Part shown: positions 1-10,403 of the stretch, one piece after another
How the letters are laid out: the number at the start of each line of letters is the position of its first letter
Position numbering within the stretch: position 1 is the stretch's first letter
Source of the DNA: an uncultured Candidatus Rokubacteria bacterium
GTDB taxonomy: Bacteria; Methylomirabilota; Methylomirabilia; Rokubacteriales; DASRDR01
DNA: 64,000 bases
Assembly (NCBI GenBank): GCA_963708025.1
Contig: CAVPSB010000013.1
Coordinates: forward strand, 128,001-192,000
Direction: 5' to 3'
The notes under the pieces: model-generated
Database searches by the model: none
Told to the model about the DNA's origin: nothing
Seen by the model: the letters and a program-made list of their open reading frames with translations, nothing else
Made by a program: the position numbers and the translations under genes

Positions 1-243
1 TCACGGACGACCGGCGCCAGCGGGCGATCCCCGTACGGGTCGCTCATCACGATGCCTCTCCGGTGTCCACCGTTCTCCTCGAGTCTGCCGGCTGGTTTGC
101 TCGACTGCCGTCACATCGTAGCAGAGAATGCCGGCAGCCGCTGCGCGGGGCCCGTGCTCCGGCACTATGCCGGACAGAGCAGATCAGTCGGGAGCGCCCC
201 GGACCGCCCCGGCGGTCCACCGGGGCGCTATAATCCGAGCACG

Positions 244-530
244 ATGTCTCCCCGAGCCCCGGACCGCCCGCCGCGGCCCCGCCGGAAGGGGCCGAGAGCG
301 CGCGTGCCCATCCAGCCCCGGCTCAAGGTCTGGGTCGTCCGGAACGTGCTCAAGGGGAAGGTGACCGACGTGGGGGCGCCACGACCGCGCGCGTCAAGAT
401 CGACATCGGCGGCGGGAACGTGATCACCGCCAGCATCACCAACGAGGCGGTCGACGAGCTGCGCCTGGCCACCGGCGACACCGCCTACGCCGTGATCAAG
501 GCGTCCGCCGTCATGATCGGCAAGGACTGA
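244..530 (+). pseudogene. TOBE/Mop molybdate-binding domain protein with a ModE-like N-terminal stub; one frameshift near 375-390
   Basis: One frame reads PRLKVWVV-RNVLKGKVTDV. A second frame continues VKIDIGGGNVITASITNEAVDELRLATGDTAYAVIKASAVMIGKD* (Mop motif). TATAAT lies at 229-234. Confidence 0.75.
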
Positions 531-534
531 GCCC

Positions 535-1626
535 GTGCGCTGCGAGAACGGCGCGGGCTCATCGAGGCCGCGCGCCCGGCGCGGGCTCGTCCGGTCGGCG
601 CTCGCCCTGGGGCTGGCCCTCCTGCCGGCCCTGGGCCAGGCGGCGGACTCCCGCACGCTGCTGGACGGCGCCGGCCGGCGCGTCGAGGTGCCGCCGCGGG
701 TCGAGCGCGTGTACGCCGCCGGCGGCCCGGCGACGATCTTCCTGTACGCGCTCGCGCCCGACGCGCTGCTGGGCTGGACCCGGCCGCTCACCCCGGAAGA
801 GCAGGCCTTCATTCCCGCGCCCTACGCGGGCCTGCCGGTCCTCGGCCGCCTCACCGGCCGGGGCAACACGGCCAGCGTCGAGGTCGTGCTCGCTGCCCGT
901 CCCCACGTGATCCTCGACTACGGCGTCGTGAACCCGACCTACGTGGCGCTCGCCGATCGCATCCAGCAGCAGACCGGGGTCCCCTACCTGCTCTACGACG
1001 GCAGCCTGTCGGCGATGCCCCGGGCCCTCGAGCAGGCGGGGGACCTGCTGGGCGTCCGCGACCGCGCCGCCCGGCTGGCCCGCTACGCGGAGGGGTTGCT
1101 GCGCGACGTGGATGCCCGCCTGGCCCGAGTCCCGCCCGAGCGGCGCCCGCGCTTCTATTACGCCCGCGGCCCCCGCGGGCTGGAGACCGCGACGAAGGGC
1201 GCGATCAACGTCGAGGGCATCGAGCGGCTCGGCGCGCGGAACGTGGCCGGGGAGCGGCCCGGCTCGCCCGGCACCACCGTGGTCTCCCCGGAGCAGGTCC
1301 TCGGCTGGGACCCGGAGGTCATCATCACGATCGACCCCGCGTTCTTCGCCCGGGTGCGGACGGATCCGGTGTGGCGGGACGTCCGGGCGGTGCGCGACGG
1401 CCGCGTCCACCTGGTGCCCCAGGACCCGTTCCCCTGGGTGGACTTCCCGCCGTCCGTCAACCGGCTCATCGGCCTTCGATGGCTCGGCCGCGTCCTCTAC
1501 CCGGACCTGTTCCCGGAGGACCTCCGGCAGGAGACGCGGACCTTCTACGCCCTCTTCTATCACCGGGCGCCCGACGACCGGCAGCTCGACGCCCTCCTGG
1601 CCGGGATCGAGCGGGGCCGCCCCTGA
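535..1626 (+). CDS. Type II ABC transporter periplasmic binding protein (BtuF/FepB/MolA-like)
   Basis: Signal peptide; DGAGRRVEVPPRVERV; VSPEQVLGWDPEVI; PFPWVDFPPSVNRLIG. Confidence 0.9.
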   Translation: MRCENGAGSSRPRARRGLVRSALALGLALLPALGQAADSRTLLDGAGRRVEVPPRVERVYAAGGPATIFLYALAPDALLGWTRPLTPEEQAFIPAPYAGLPVLGRLTGRGNTASVEVVLAARPHVILDYGVVNPTYVALADRIQQQTGVPYLLYDGSLSAMPRALEQAGDLLGVRDRAARLARYAEGLLRDVDARLARVPPERRPRFYYARGPRGLETATKGAINVEGIERLGARNVAGERPGSPGTTVVSPEQVLGWDPEVIITIDPAFFARVRTDPVWRDVRAVRDGRVHLVPQDPFPWVDFPPSVNRLIGLRWLGRVLYPDLFPEDLRQETRTFYALFYHRAPDDRQLDALLAGIERGRP

Positions 1627-2672
1627 CGGCCCCGGAAGGGCAGCCCGCACCCTCCGCGGCGGGTCGCAGACCGACCGTCGGCTTCGCCGTGGCGGCCGGC
1701 GCACTCGTCGCCCTGGTCGTGGTCGCCTTCGCGGTGGGTCGCTTCCCGGTGGCGCCGGCGGATCTCCTCCGGCTCCTGTGGGCCAAGCTCGTCGGCGCGC
1801 CGCACGGGCTCCCCCCGACCCTGGAGACCGTGGTCTTCCGGGTCCGGGGCCCGCGGGTGCTCGCCGGCATCGCCGTCGGGAGCGCCCTGGCCGCGGCCGG
1901 CGCTGCCTACCAGGGCCTCTTCCGCAATCCCCTCGTCTCCCCCGACATCCTGGGCGTCTCCTCGGGGGCGGCGCTGGGGGCGGCCCTCGGGATCTACTTC
2001 TCGCTCGGCGTCGCCGGCATCCAGGGGCTGGCCTTCGCCCTGGGCCTCGTCGCCGTGGTCGTCGTCTACGCGATCGGCACCGCGCTCGGGCGGCACGACC
2101 CCGTGCTCGTCCTCGTCCTGGCCGGCGTGGTGATCGGGACGCTGCTGGGCTCGTGCGTGTCGCTGCTCAAGTACCTCGCCGATCCCTACAACCAGCTGCC
2201 GGCGATCACCTTCTGGCTCCTGGGCAGCCTCTCGGCCGTGACCGCGACCGACGTGCTCGCCGTCCTCCCGGCGGTCGTGGCGGGACTGGCGCCCCTCTAC
2301 CTCCTCCGGTGGCGCATGAACGTGATGACGCTCAGCGAGGACGAGGCGCGGGCGCTGGGCGTGGACACCCGGCGGGTGCGCCAGGTCGTCATCGGGGCGG
2401 CGACGCTGATGACCGCCGCCGCCGTGTCCATCAGCGGCGTCGTCGGCTGGATCGGCCTCCTCGTCCCGCACGTGGCGCGCCTGCTCGTCGGTCCCGACTT
2501 CCGGCGCCTCCTGCCGGCGTCGATGCTCCTGGGCGCCGGCTACCTGCTCGGGGTCGACACCCTCGCCCGGACGCTGGCCCCCATCGAGATCCCCCTCGGC
2601 GTCCTCACCGCCTTCCTCGGCGCCCCGGTGTTCGTGTGGCTCCTAGCAGCCTCGCGAAGGACCTGGTCGTAG
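1623..2672 (+). CDS. FecCD/BtuC-family ABC permease
   Basis: RGPRVLAG...AYQGLFRNPLVSPDILGVSSGA; GWIGLLVPHVAR; EIPLGVLTAFLGAP. Start is approximate. Confidence 0.9.
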   Translation: MTAPEGQPAPSAAGRRPTVGFAVAAGALVALVVVAFAVGRFPVAPADLLRLLWAKLVGAPHGLPPTLETVVFRVRGPRVLAGIAVGSALAAAGAAYQGLFRNPLVSPDILGVSSGAALGAALGIYFSLGVAGIQGLAFALGLVAVVVVYAIGTALGRHDPVLVLVLAGVVIGTLLGSCVSLLKYLADPYNQLPAITFWLLGSLSAVTATDVLAVLPAVVAGLAPLYLLRWRMNVMTLSEDEARALGVDTRRVRQVVIGAATLMTAAAVSISGVVGWIGLLVPHVARLLVGPDFRRLLPASMLLGAGYLLGVDTLARTLAPIEIPLGVLTAFLGAPVFVWLLAASRRTWS

Positions 2673-2674
2673 CG

Positions 2675-3466
2675 ATGCGGCTCGAGGTGGAGCGGCTCGC
2701 CTTCGGGTATCCCGGTCGGCCCGTGGGCGCCGACGTGAGCTTCAGCCTCGAGCCCGGCGAGGTCCTGTGCTGGCTGGGGCCGAACGGCGGGGGCAAGACG
2801 ACGCTGCTCCGAACGATCCTGCGCCTGCTGGAGCCGCGCGGCGGCACCGTCCGCGTCGGCGGGGAGTCCGTCGCGCGCTGGTCGCGGACCCGCCTGGCCC
2901 GGGTCTTCGGCTACGTCCCTCAGGCGCAGGTGGGGGGCTTCCCCTTCACCGTCCGCGAGGTCGTGCTGATGGGGCGGACCGCCCACTTCGGGGTCTTCGC
3001 GAGCCCCTCGGGGCACGACCGTGCGGTGGCCGACGAGACCCTGTCCGCGCTCGGGATCCTGCCGCTGGCCGACCGCCCCTACACCGAGCTCAGCGGCGGC
3101 GAGCGGCAGCTCGCGCTCGTCGCCCGGGCCCTCGCCCAGGAGCCGCGCATCTTGATCATGGACGAGCCCACCGCGAGCCTGGACTTCGGCAACCAGGTCC
3201 GGGTCCTCGCCCACGTCCAGGCCCTGGCCGCGCGCGGCATCGCGGTGATGCTCTCCACGCACGACCCGGATCAGGCGTTCCTGTGCGCGCACCAGGTGGC
3301 GGTGCTCAACCAGGGCCGCCTGGCCGGGCTCGGACCGCCCACCGCCGTGATCACGCCGGAGACGCTGCGCGCCCTCTACGGCATCGAGGTCGAACGTCGT
3401 GACCCACGAGCGACCCGACGGCGGCGCGGTCCGGGTGTGCCTGCCTACCCTGGCGACCCGGTATGA
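2675..3466 (+). CDS. ABC ATP-binding protein (FecE/BtuD/MolC-like)
   Basis: Walker A GPNGGGKT, signature LSGGERQ, Walker B LIMDEPT. Probable frameshift near the C-terminus. Confidence 0.9.
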   Translation: MRLEVERLAFGYPGRPVGADVSFSLEPGEVLCWLGPNGGGKTTLLRTILRLLEPRGGTVRVGGESVARWSRTRLARVFGYVPQAQVGGFPFTVREVVLMGRTAHFGVFASPSGHDRAVADETLSALGILPLADRPYTELSGGERQLALVARALAQEPRILIMDEPTASLDFGNQVRVLAHVQALAARGIAVMLSTHDPDQAFLCAHQVAVLNQGRLAGLGPPTAVITPETLRALYGIEVERRDPRATRRRRGPGVPAYPGDPV

Positions 3467-3589
3467 CGACGGTCGTCCCCCTCGCTGAGGGCGGAAGCCG
3501 TCAGGTCAACGAGCCGGGCACCCCCCCACCCGTGGCGCCGCGGGTAAGCCCGTCGTGTTAGGCTTCATCGAGGCTGCTCGATCGCGCGC

Positions 3590-3848
3590 TCAGCCACGCC
3601 CCCCGTGGGTGTGGGGGCCGGCGCCCGACCCGTGACTGTGCCCATGGTGGGACCAGCCGCGCGGTCGAGCCGGCGGCGCGGAGCGCTCGCCGGCGCCCGG
3701 CTTGGAGAAGGTCATGGGCATCGTGAAGCAGCGCTGGCTCTCGGCCCCGTTCAACGGGGCAGAAGGCGGGATCGGTGGCCTGGGCGATGGGACGCGACAC
3801 CTCGAACTCGAGCCCGCAGCGGCTGCAGCGGAAGTCGTAGAGCGCCAT
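3590..3848 (-). CDS. FmdB-family zinc-ribbon protein with His-rich tail (frameshift near 3750)
   Basis: MALYDFRCSRCGLEFEV...FCPV; the adjacent frame ends WSHHGHSHGSGAGPHTHGGRG*. Confidence 0.8.
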
Positions 3849-3936
3849 GGCGTCGGTCGAGACCTCCTCTCCTGGTCAGACACCCACCCTTCCCCAGCAG
3901 GGTGACGCGACCATCGTACCCCACCCGGAGGAAGCC

Positions 3937-4602
3937 GTGTCCACTCGCGTGCTCCTCGTGTCCCCGGCCGAGCTGCCGTTCACGATCCTGGACGACTGGC
4001 GCGCCCAGTGCGGCTCGCTGGCGGAGTTCCTCGGAAGCCCCGTGGAGCTGTGGCGTCTCGACGGCGGGCCGGAGCCCGAGGGGTGGCTCGCCGACGCCCT
4101 GCGCGGACTGTCCGCCGAGCGGGTGGAGGTCATCCCGCCCCGTGGGTCCGCCTCGGCCGCGCCGATGTCCGCGGCGCCGTTCCTGTGGCGCCCGGACGGC
4201 CGTCCCGACTGGGGGGCGATGTGGAGCAGCTTCTGCGAGCTGGCGCTCTTCGGGGGGCCTCCGCACCGGGGACCCGAGAGCGCCCTGGTCGCGGTCACGG
4301 ACGGCGGCCAGGCGAGGGACGGCGGCGCGGTCGAGGAGATCCGGCGGGGCATCTGGGAGACGACCGGGCTCTACTCCGAGCCGGCGGGGCCCGGCTGGCT
4401 CGCCGTCACCTGCGACTCGCCCCGGATGGCGGCCTGGCTGTGCGCCACGATCATTCTCGAGAACGTGGCCGCCCGCTGCGACGAGGAGCGGCTCCTGGTC
4501 CCGGCCGATCTCGGCTTCACGCTGGAGGACCAGGTGAAGAGCGTCATCACTGTCGTCGCCAAGACGCACCACTACTGGAGCGCGCACGTCGCCGGGAGCT
4601 GA
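3937..4602 (+). CDS. Hypothetical protein resembling the domain associated with CbiX-like chelatases
   Basis: APMSAAPFLWRPDGRPDWGAMWSSFCELALFGGPPHRG and KSVITVVAKTHHYW motifs; RBS ggagga before GTG. Family recalled, not searched. Confidence 0.55.
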   Translation: MSTRVLLVSPAELPFTILDDWRAQCGSLAEFLGSPVELWRLDGGPEPEGWLADALRGLSAERVEVIPPRGSASAAPMSAAPFLWRPDGRPDWGAMWSSFCELALFGGPPHRGPESALVAVTDGGQARDGGAVEEIRRGIWETTGLYSEPAGPGWLAVTCDSPRMAAWLCATIILENVAARCDEERLLVPADLGFTLEDQVKSVITVVAKTHHYWSAHVAGS

Positions 4603-4638
4603 CCCGGCGGTTCACCTCGAGCCAGAGGAGAACAGGCG

Positions 4639-5979
4639 ATGGAACGTGATGCCCGGGGCGTGCCGGTCTCGTGCTCCGACCGGTCGGCGCTGGATCTCTA
4701 CGAGAAGGCCCTGGTCCAGTACCAGAGCTACGTCGGCGATCCGATCGCCACCATCGACGAGGCCCTGACCCGCGCGCCGGACTTCGTCCTGGGCCACGCG
4801 TTCCGGGCGACGGTGCTGATGACGCTGACCGAGCGGCGCTTCGCCGAGCAGGCCCGGGCCAGCGTCGGCCTCGGCGGAGGCCCACCTGTCCCAGGCCGGC
4901 TCCCGCGAGCAGGGACTGGTGGCGGCGGCCCGCCAGCTGGTGGACGGCGACTGGGACGCGGCCTGCGCCGCGTTCGACCGGGTGCTCGTCGACCATCCGC
5001 GCGACGCGTTCGCGATCCAGTCGGCCCACGTGATGGACTTCTTCCGGGGCGACGCCCTCAACCTGCGCAACCGCGTCTCGCGCGTGCTGCCTCACTGGAG
5101 CCCCGGGGTGCCGGGCTACTCCTACATCCTGGGGATGCACGCCTTCGGCCTCGAGGAGTGCAACCAGTACCCGGAGGCGGAGGAGGCCGGCCGCCGGGCC
5201 CTGGCCCTCCAGCCGAAGGACGGCTGGGCGGTGCACGCGGTGACCCACGTCATGGAGATGCAGGGGCGCATCGACGAGGGCATCGCGTGGCTGGAGTCGC
5301 GCGAGGGGGACTGGGCGCCCGACAACGGGTTCGCCTTCCACAACTACTGGCACCTCGCGCTCTACTACCTCGACCGGCAGCGGTACGACCAGGTGCTGGC
5401 GCTCTACGACACCCGGCTGCACGCCGCGCCGCCGGAGTACGCGCTCCAGCTGCTGGACGCCACCGCCCTGCTCTGGCGGCTGTACCTGGACGGGGTGGAC
5501 GTCGGCGGCCGGGCCGGGGCCCTGGCCGACAACTGGGCCGGCCGGCTGGAGGCGGAGCGGGGCTTCTACGCCTTCAACGACATGCACGCCATGATGGCCT
5601 TCACGATGGCGGGGCGCGAGCCCGAGGCGGCCCGGCTCCTGGACGACCTGGAGTGGACGGCGAAGAGCGGTACCGGCACCAACGTGATGATGACGCGCGA
5701 GGTCGGGCTTGCCGGTCTGCCGGGCGATCCAGGCGTTCGGGCGCGACCGCTACGCCGAGGCCGCCCGCCACATCGAGCCCGTGCGCGACACCGCCGCCCG
5801 CTTCGGCGGCAGCCACGCCCAGCGCGACGTGCTGACGCTCACCGCTGATCGAGGCCGCCCTCCGCGGCGGGCAGCCCGCGCTGGCCCGGCACTACATCGC
5901 CGAGCGCACCGTGCACAAGCCGGCCAGCGCCTGGGGCTGGCGACTCCTGGCCCGGGCGACCCCGCGGCCCGGGAGGTGA
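4639..5979 (+). CDS. TTC38-like tetratricopeptide repeat protein (three apparent frameshifts)
   Basis: GMHAFGLEE...DGWAVHAVTHVMEMQGR...HNYWHLAL...FGGSHAQRDVL, joined across frames. Confidence 0.85.
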
Positions 5980-5987
5980 CCACCGAG

Positions 5988-6660
5988 TCAGCGGGACGCG
6001 CGTGATCTGAGAGCCCCGGGGGACTTCCACAGCTCCTCCCCGCCCCTCAGGCTCGGCACGAAGAACAGCGTCCCGTTGACGTCGGTCAACCGGGTGGGGC
6101 CCGAGCTGCAGTTCGGGGTGCAGATGTCCTTCACCCGCACCGTGCCGGTCTCCGTCCCGTCGCTCCGCCACAGCTCCCGGTCCTGGGCACTGTCCACGGC
6201 GGTGAAGAAGAGCATGCCGTTCACGTTCGTCAGGCTTCCCGGGAACGAGCTACAGCTTCCGGAGCAGATGTCCTTGACCCGAACGGTCCCCGCCTCCGTC
6301 CCGTCGCTCTTCCAGAGCTCCCGGCCTCCGGTGTCGTCGGTGGCCGCGAAGAAGAGCGCCCCGTTGACCGCCGTCAGACCGCCGGGCTCGGAGCTGAAGC
6401 GGGCGCGGATGTCCTTGACGAGGACTGTGCCCGCCGCCGTCCCGTCGCTCCGCCACAGCTCCGCGTCGTGCGCGCCGTCGCTGGCCGTGAAGAACAACGT
6501 CCCGTTGACGTCGGTCAGCAAGGCGGGGCGTGAGGTACAGGGCCCCGGACAGATGTCCTTGACCCGGACGGTCCCCGCCTCCGTCCCGTCGCTCCGCCAC
6601 AGCTCCCGGTCCCCGTCAGCGCCGGCCGCAGTGAAGAACAGCGTGACGCCGACGATGGCC
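5988..6660 (-). pseudogene. ELWxxDGT repeat protein fragment
   Basis: Four ELW(R/K)SDGTxAGTVxVKDI-type repeats; no recognisable N-terminus or signal peptide. Confidence 0.7.
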
Positions 6661-6904
6661 CGACGCCTGGCGCTCGGGTCGGGGTTGGTCTGGACGTGGT
6701 CGGAGTCGCTCCGGGCCGGCGGCGCCGAGCGAGGGATCGCGCAGGCTGGGAGCTGAGGCGCGAACAACCCGGCGATGGCGAGGTGCCGGCCCCGAGGGCG
6801 AAGGGATCGGCGCGCGTGTCCCGGGCGATCAGCCGGCAGAGGACCCCTTCCGGTGCGCCGGGTCCTGGCCGCCCGGGCCGACTGCGCGGACGACGACTGG
6901 ACGC

Positions 6905-8338
6905 TCAGCGCGCGACCGGCGGCTTGCGGTCGAACCACGGGCGCGCCTTCTCGAGCTGGGCCGCCAGACGGAAGAGCGTCGCCTCGTCGCCGTAGCGGGC
7001 GACGAGCTGGACCGACAGCGGGAAGCCGTCCGAGGTCTGCGAGAGCGGGAGCACGATCGCCGGCTGGCCGGTGATGTTGAACCACACCGTGAACGGCGAG
7101 AAGTGGAAGACCCGGCGCCAGTACTCGTGCACGTCCTCCATCATCATGTCGATCCAGCCGAGCCGGGGCGGCACCGTCGCCAGCGCGGGCGTCAGCAGCA
7201 CATCGCAGCTCTGGTGGAACGCCGCCATCTGGCGGCCGAGGCGATGCGCGGTCTGGGTCGCCCGCACGTAGTCGGCCGACGTGATCTTCTCGCCGAGCTC
7301 CGCGGTCGCGAACGTGACGTTCTCGACCTCCCCGCGCCGGGCCGGGCGGCCCTTGGTCGGGTGACTCGCGAGGTTCACGACCGTGTTGGCGGAGGCGAGC
7401 GTGAGGAACGTCGGCACCACCGCCGCCCCGTCGATCTTCGGGGCCGCTTCGTCCACGCGATGGCCGAGGTCCCCGCAGAGCGCCGCGACCTCCCTGAGCG
7501 CGCGCAAACACTCCGCCTCGACCGGGGCCCCGTTGGGCGTGACGCTCGTGAAGGCGATCCGCAGCGCTCCGGGATCCGCCCCGACTTCCGAGAGGAACGG
7601 TCGCGCCGGCGGCGGCGCGACGTACGGATCGCCGGGGCCGGCGCCGGCGGTGGCGTCGAGCAGCGCCGCGCAGTCACGGACCGAGAGGGTGACGGCATGC
7701 TCGGTCGAGAGGCCGCCGAGACCCTCGCCCGCGTAGGGCGACATCGTGTTCCGCGAGCGCGTCGGCTTCAGGCCGACGATGCCGCAGCACGACGCGGGGG
7801 CCCGGATCGAGCCGAAGCCGTCCGAGGCGTGCGCCATCGGCAGCATGCGCGCGCCGACCGCCGCCGCGGCGCCACCGCTCGATCCGCCCGAGATTCGGGT
7901 CGTGTCCCAGGGACTCCTCGTCGCGCCGTAGAGCTGCGGCTCGCACGTGAGCGACAGCCCGACCTCGCACGAGTTGGTGCGGCCGAAGATCACCAGGCCG
8001 GCGCGCTTGAGCCGGCGCACGTGCTCGCTGTCTTCCGCCACCGGCGGCGCATCCGCGAAGAACCGCGACCCGCGCGTCACGCGAACCCCGGCCAGCCATC
8101 CGCCGAGGTCCTTCAGGAGAAACGGGACGCCGCGGAACGGCCCCTCCGGCAGCCCGTCGGCGATCGCCTTCCGGGCATGGTCGTACAGCGGCATCACGAC
8201 CGCGTTGACAGCGCCGTTGCGCCCCTCGACGCGCTCGATGGCGGCGGCCAGCAGCTCGTCGGGGGTGACGAGCTTCTGGCGCACGAGCTCGGCGAGCCCG
8301 AGGGCATCGTAGGCTTCGAAGTCGGCGAATCCGGTCAC
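6905..8338 (-). CDS. Amidase-signature family enzyme
   Basis: [38 protein letters not shown] start at 8338, alternative ATG at 8365. Confidence 0.92.
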   Translation of the reverse strand: MTGFADFEAYDALGLAELVRQKLVTPDELLAAAIERVEGRNGAVNAVVMPLYDHARKAIADGLPEGPFRGVPFLLKDLGGWLAGVRVTRGSRFFADAPPVAEDSEHVRRLKRAGLVIFGRTNSCEVGLSLTCEPQLYGATRSPWDTTRISGGSSGGAAAAVGARMLPMAHASDGFGSIRAPASCCGIVGLKPTRSRNTMSPYAGEGLGGLSTEHAVTLSVRDCAALLDATAGAGPGDPYVAPPPARPFLSEVGADPGALRIAFTSVTPNGAPVEAECLRALREVAALCGDLGHRVDEAAPKIDGAAVVPTFLTLASANTVVNLASHPTKGRPARRGEVENVTFATAELGEKITSADYVRATQTAHRLGRQMAAFHQSCDVLLTPALATVPPRLGWIDMMMEDVHEYWRRVFHFSPFTVWFNITGQPAIVLPLSQTSDGFPLSVQLVARYGDEATLFRLAAQLEKARPWFDRKPPVAR

Positions 8339-8885
8339 GCCGCGCCTCGTGGGGCGATCCGCCATGTGCGCGCGCGGCGCCTCGTGGCGAGGTCATGGGT
8401 CAGCGCGATCTCGCCGAAGAACCGGTCGTAGTCGAATGCCATGCTTCCTCCCCGTGCGAGGATAGTCTAGCATCGCGGCGAAGTCCGGTGGCCATCCGCC
8501 CGGGGCGGCGGCGGGCCACCCCGGCCGCGTCCGGGAAGGGCAGTCGCCCCTCGTTCCGCCAGCTCCGCACCTCGGGTTTCAGCGGCGCTCGTCCGGTTCG
8601 CGTCCAGTCCGCTGTCGCGGCCGAAGTTTTGCGGACAAGCCCATCCGAGTCGGCGACTTCCTCCGGTATGGAGCCGGAATCGGGACCGTCCCCCTGTGCC
8701 AGGAGACGGTGGATCGCGCCGTTCAGCGACGATGCTCCGAATTCGACAAGCGCGCGCGTGCCGACTCCGGGTGAATCCGCCTCGGCCGAGGCCCGGGGAC
8801 CTCCGGCCGGGCCGCGCGGCGCCCTCCCCCACCCGAGTCGAGTTGCGACTTGTGAACGCGAGCCTCGGATCATACAATATCCAAT

Positions 8886-9122
8886 ATGAAAACTATTGCT
8901 GTCACTATCGACGAAGGCACCCTGCGGCTCCTGGATGACCTGACCGCCGGGGAGGCACGGCGCCGGACGCGCTCGGCGCTCGTTCGGACCGCCCTCCGGG
9001 AGTTCGCCGAGCGGGAGCTCCGGAGGCAGATCGAGGAGCGCGAGCGAGAGATCTTCCGGCGGAGCAGGAGGCAGCTCGCGCGGGAGGCGCGACTCCTCGT
9101 CGCCGCACAGGCGCGCCCGTGA
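8886..9122 (+). CDS. Ribbon-helix-helix (CopG/MazE-like) antitoxin
   Basis: MKTIAVTIDEGTLRLLD...RSALVRTALREF; overlaps the toxin start (GTGA). Confidence 0.85.
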   Translation: MKTIAVTIDEGTLRLLDDLTAGEARRRTRSALVRTALREFAERELRRQIEEREREIFRRSRRQLAREARLLVAAQARP

Positions 9123-9444
9123 CCCGAGGCGAGATCTACCGGACGCGTGAGCGCGTCGCCGAGCGGGGTAGAAAGCCGGGGTTCTACGTCGTGGTCTCAC
9201 GCGCGTTCGTAGCCGAGAACGACGACGTGTCAACCGTCATCTGTGCGCCCGTCTACTCGCAGGTCCTCGGCCTCACGACGGAGGTCGTGCTCGGGCCGGA
9301 TGACGGCCTTCCGAGGACGTCGGCGGTACGCTGTGACTTCCTGATGCTCATGTTCAAGGCCAGGCTGACGCAGTTCGTGTGACGCTCTCCCCCGAGAAGA
9401 TCAGGAGGCTCGACCGGGCCCTGAGCGCCGCCCTCGACCTGTAG
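9119..9444 (+). CDS. PemK/MazF-family toxin (frameshift near 9380)
   Basis: RGEIY...KPGFYVVVSR...VICAPV; the shifted frame ends TLSPEKIRRLDRALSAALDL*. Confidence 0.85.
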
Positions 9445-9518
9445 CGGTTGGTGCTCGACGGCTGTCCCGGGCGGCCCGAGAGGCCCTCGGGGCCGGCCGT
9501 GCTTCGCGAGCCCCGCGG

Positions 9519-10307
9519 CTAGCCGCCCGGGCGGCGGCGGGCCACCCCGGCGAGGGCGCCGCCGTCCACGCGCAGGTCGGCGCCGGTCGTGAACGACGAC
9601 TCGTCGGAGGCCAGGAAGAGGACGGCGTAGGAGACTTCCTCCGGCCGGGCGCCCCGGCCCATCGGGTAGGCGGCGAAGCGCTCCTTGAGCCACGCCTGGT
9701 CGAGCCCGGCCAGCATCGCCGTGCCGAGCACGCCCCCGGGGGTGACGGAGTTCACCCGGATGTCGGGCGCCAGCGTGACCGCCGCCCCGCGGGTGAGCAG
9801 GTGGACCGCCGCCTTGCTCGCCTGGTAGGCGATCATGAACTCCGTCCCCAGCGCGCCGATGACCGAGGAGACGTTGATGATCGACCCCCCGCCGGCCCGC
9901 CGCATGGCGGGGATCACCCGCTGGATGCCGAGGAACGTGCCGGTCTGGTTCACGCCGATGACCCGGTGCCACTCCTCGAGCGAGCAATCCACCACGCCGG
10001 CGGAGCCGGTGATCCCCGCGTTGTTGACGAGCACGTCCAGCTTCCCGTAGGCCTGCTCGGCCAGGCTCACGGCGGCGTCCCAGTCGTCGAGCCGGGTCAC
10101 GTCGAGGTGCACGTAGCGCGCCTCGAGGCCCGCCTTCCGGAGCTGCGCGGCCGTCTGCTCGCCGGCCTCGTCGAGGATGTCGCCCAGGACCACCCGGGCA
10201 CCGTGCTCGGCCAGCAGCCGGCCATGGCTGGCGCCCTGCCCTCGCGCGCCCCCGGAGATCAGCGCGACCTTGCCCTCGACCCGCCCGCCGCTGCCCGTCG
10301 CCACCAT
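9519..10307 (-). CDS. SDR oxidoreductase (3-alpha-hydroxysteroid/cyclopentanol dehydrogenase-like)
   Basis: ISGGARGQG, NNAG, YQASK motifs. Confidence 0.92.
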   Translation of the reverse strand: MVATGSGGRVEGKVALISGGARGQGASHGRLLAEHGARVVLGDILDEAGEQTAAQLRKAGLEARYVHLDVTRLDDWDAAVSLAEQAYGKLDVLVNNAGITGSAGVVDCSLEEWHRVIGVNQTGTFLGIQRVIPAMRRAGGGSIINVSSVIGALGTEFMIAYQASKAAVHLLTRGAAVTLAPDIRVNSVTPGGVLGTAMLAGLDQAWLKERFAAYPMGRGARPEEVSYAVLFLASDESSFTTGADLRVDGGALAGVARRRPGG

Positions 10308-10353
10308 GCTCTCGACTCCTTTGTTATTCGGGACCTCCCGCCTACCCCCCCAG

Positions 10354-10384
10354 CCCCCCTCCCCCACCCACCGGGGGAGGGGGG
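10354..10384. repeat. REP-like GC hairpin
   Basis: CCCCCCTCCCCC-ACCCACC-GGGGGAGGGGGG, a perfect 12-bp stem in an intergenic spacer. Confidence 0.6.
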
Positions 10385-10403
10385 AGCCGGAGAACCCGAT
10401 TTC

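Noticed and set aside
52-300. Cobalamin or Moco riboswitch, or ModE box, upstream of the ABC importer
   Set aside because: No B12 box or convincing ModE palindrome is recognisable; only a TATAAT.
6000-6650. Repeats of about 145 bp as a CRISPR array or other non-coding array
   Set aside because: They are in-frame coding ELWxxDGT repeats with no unique spacers and no cas genes.
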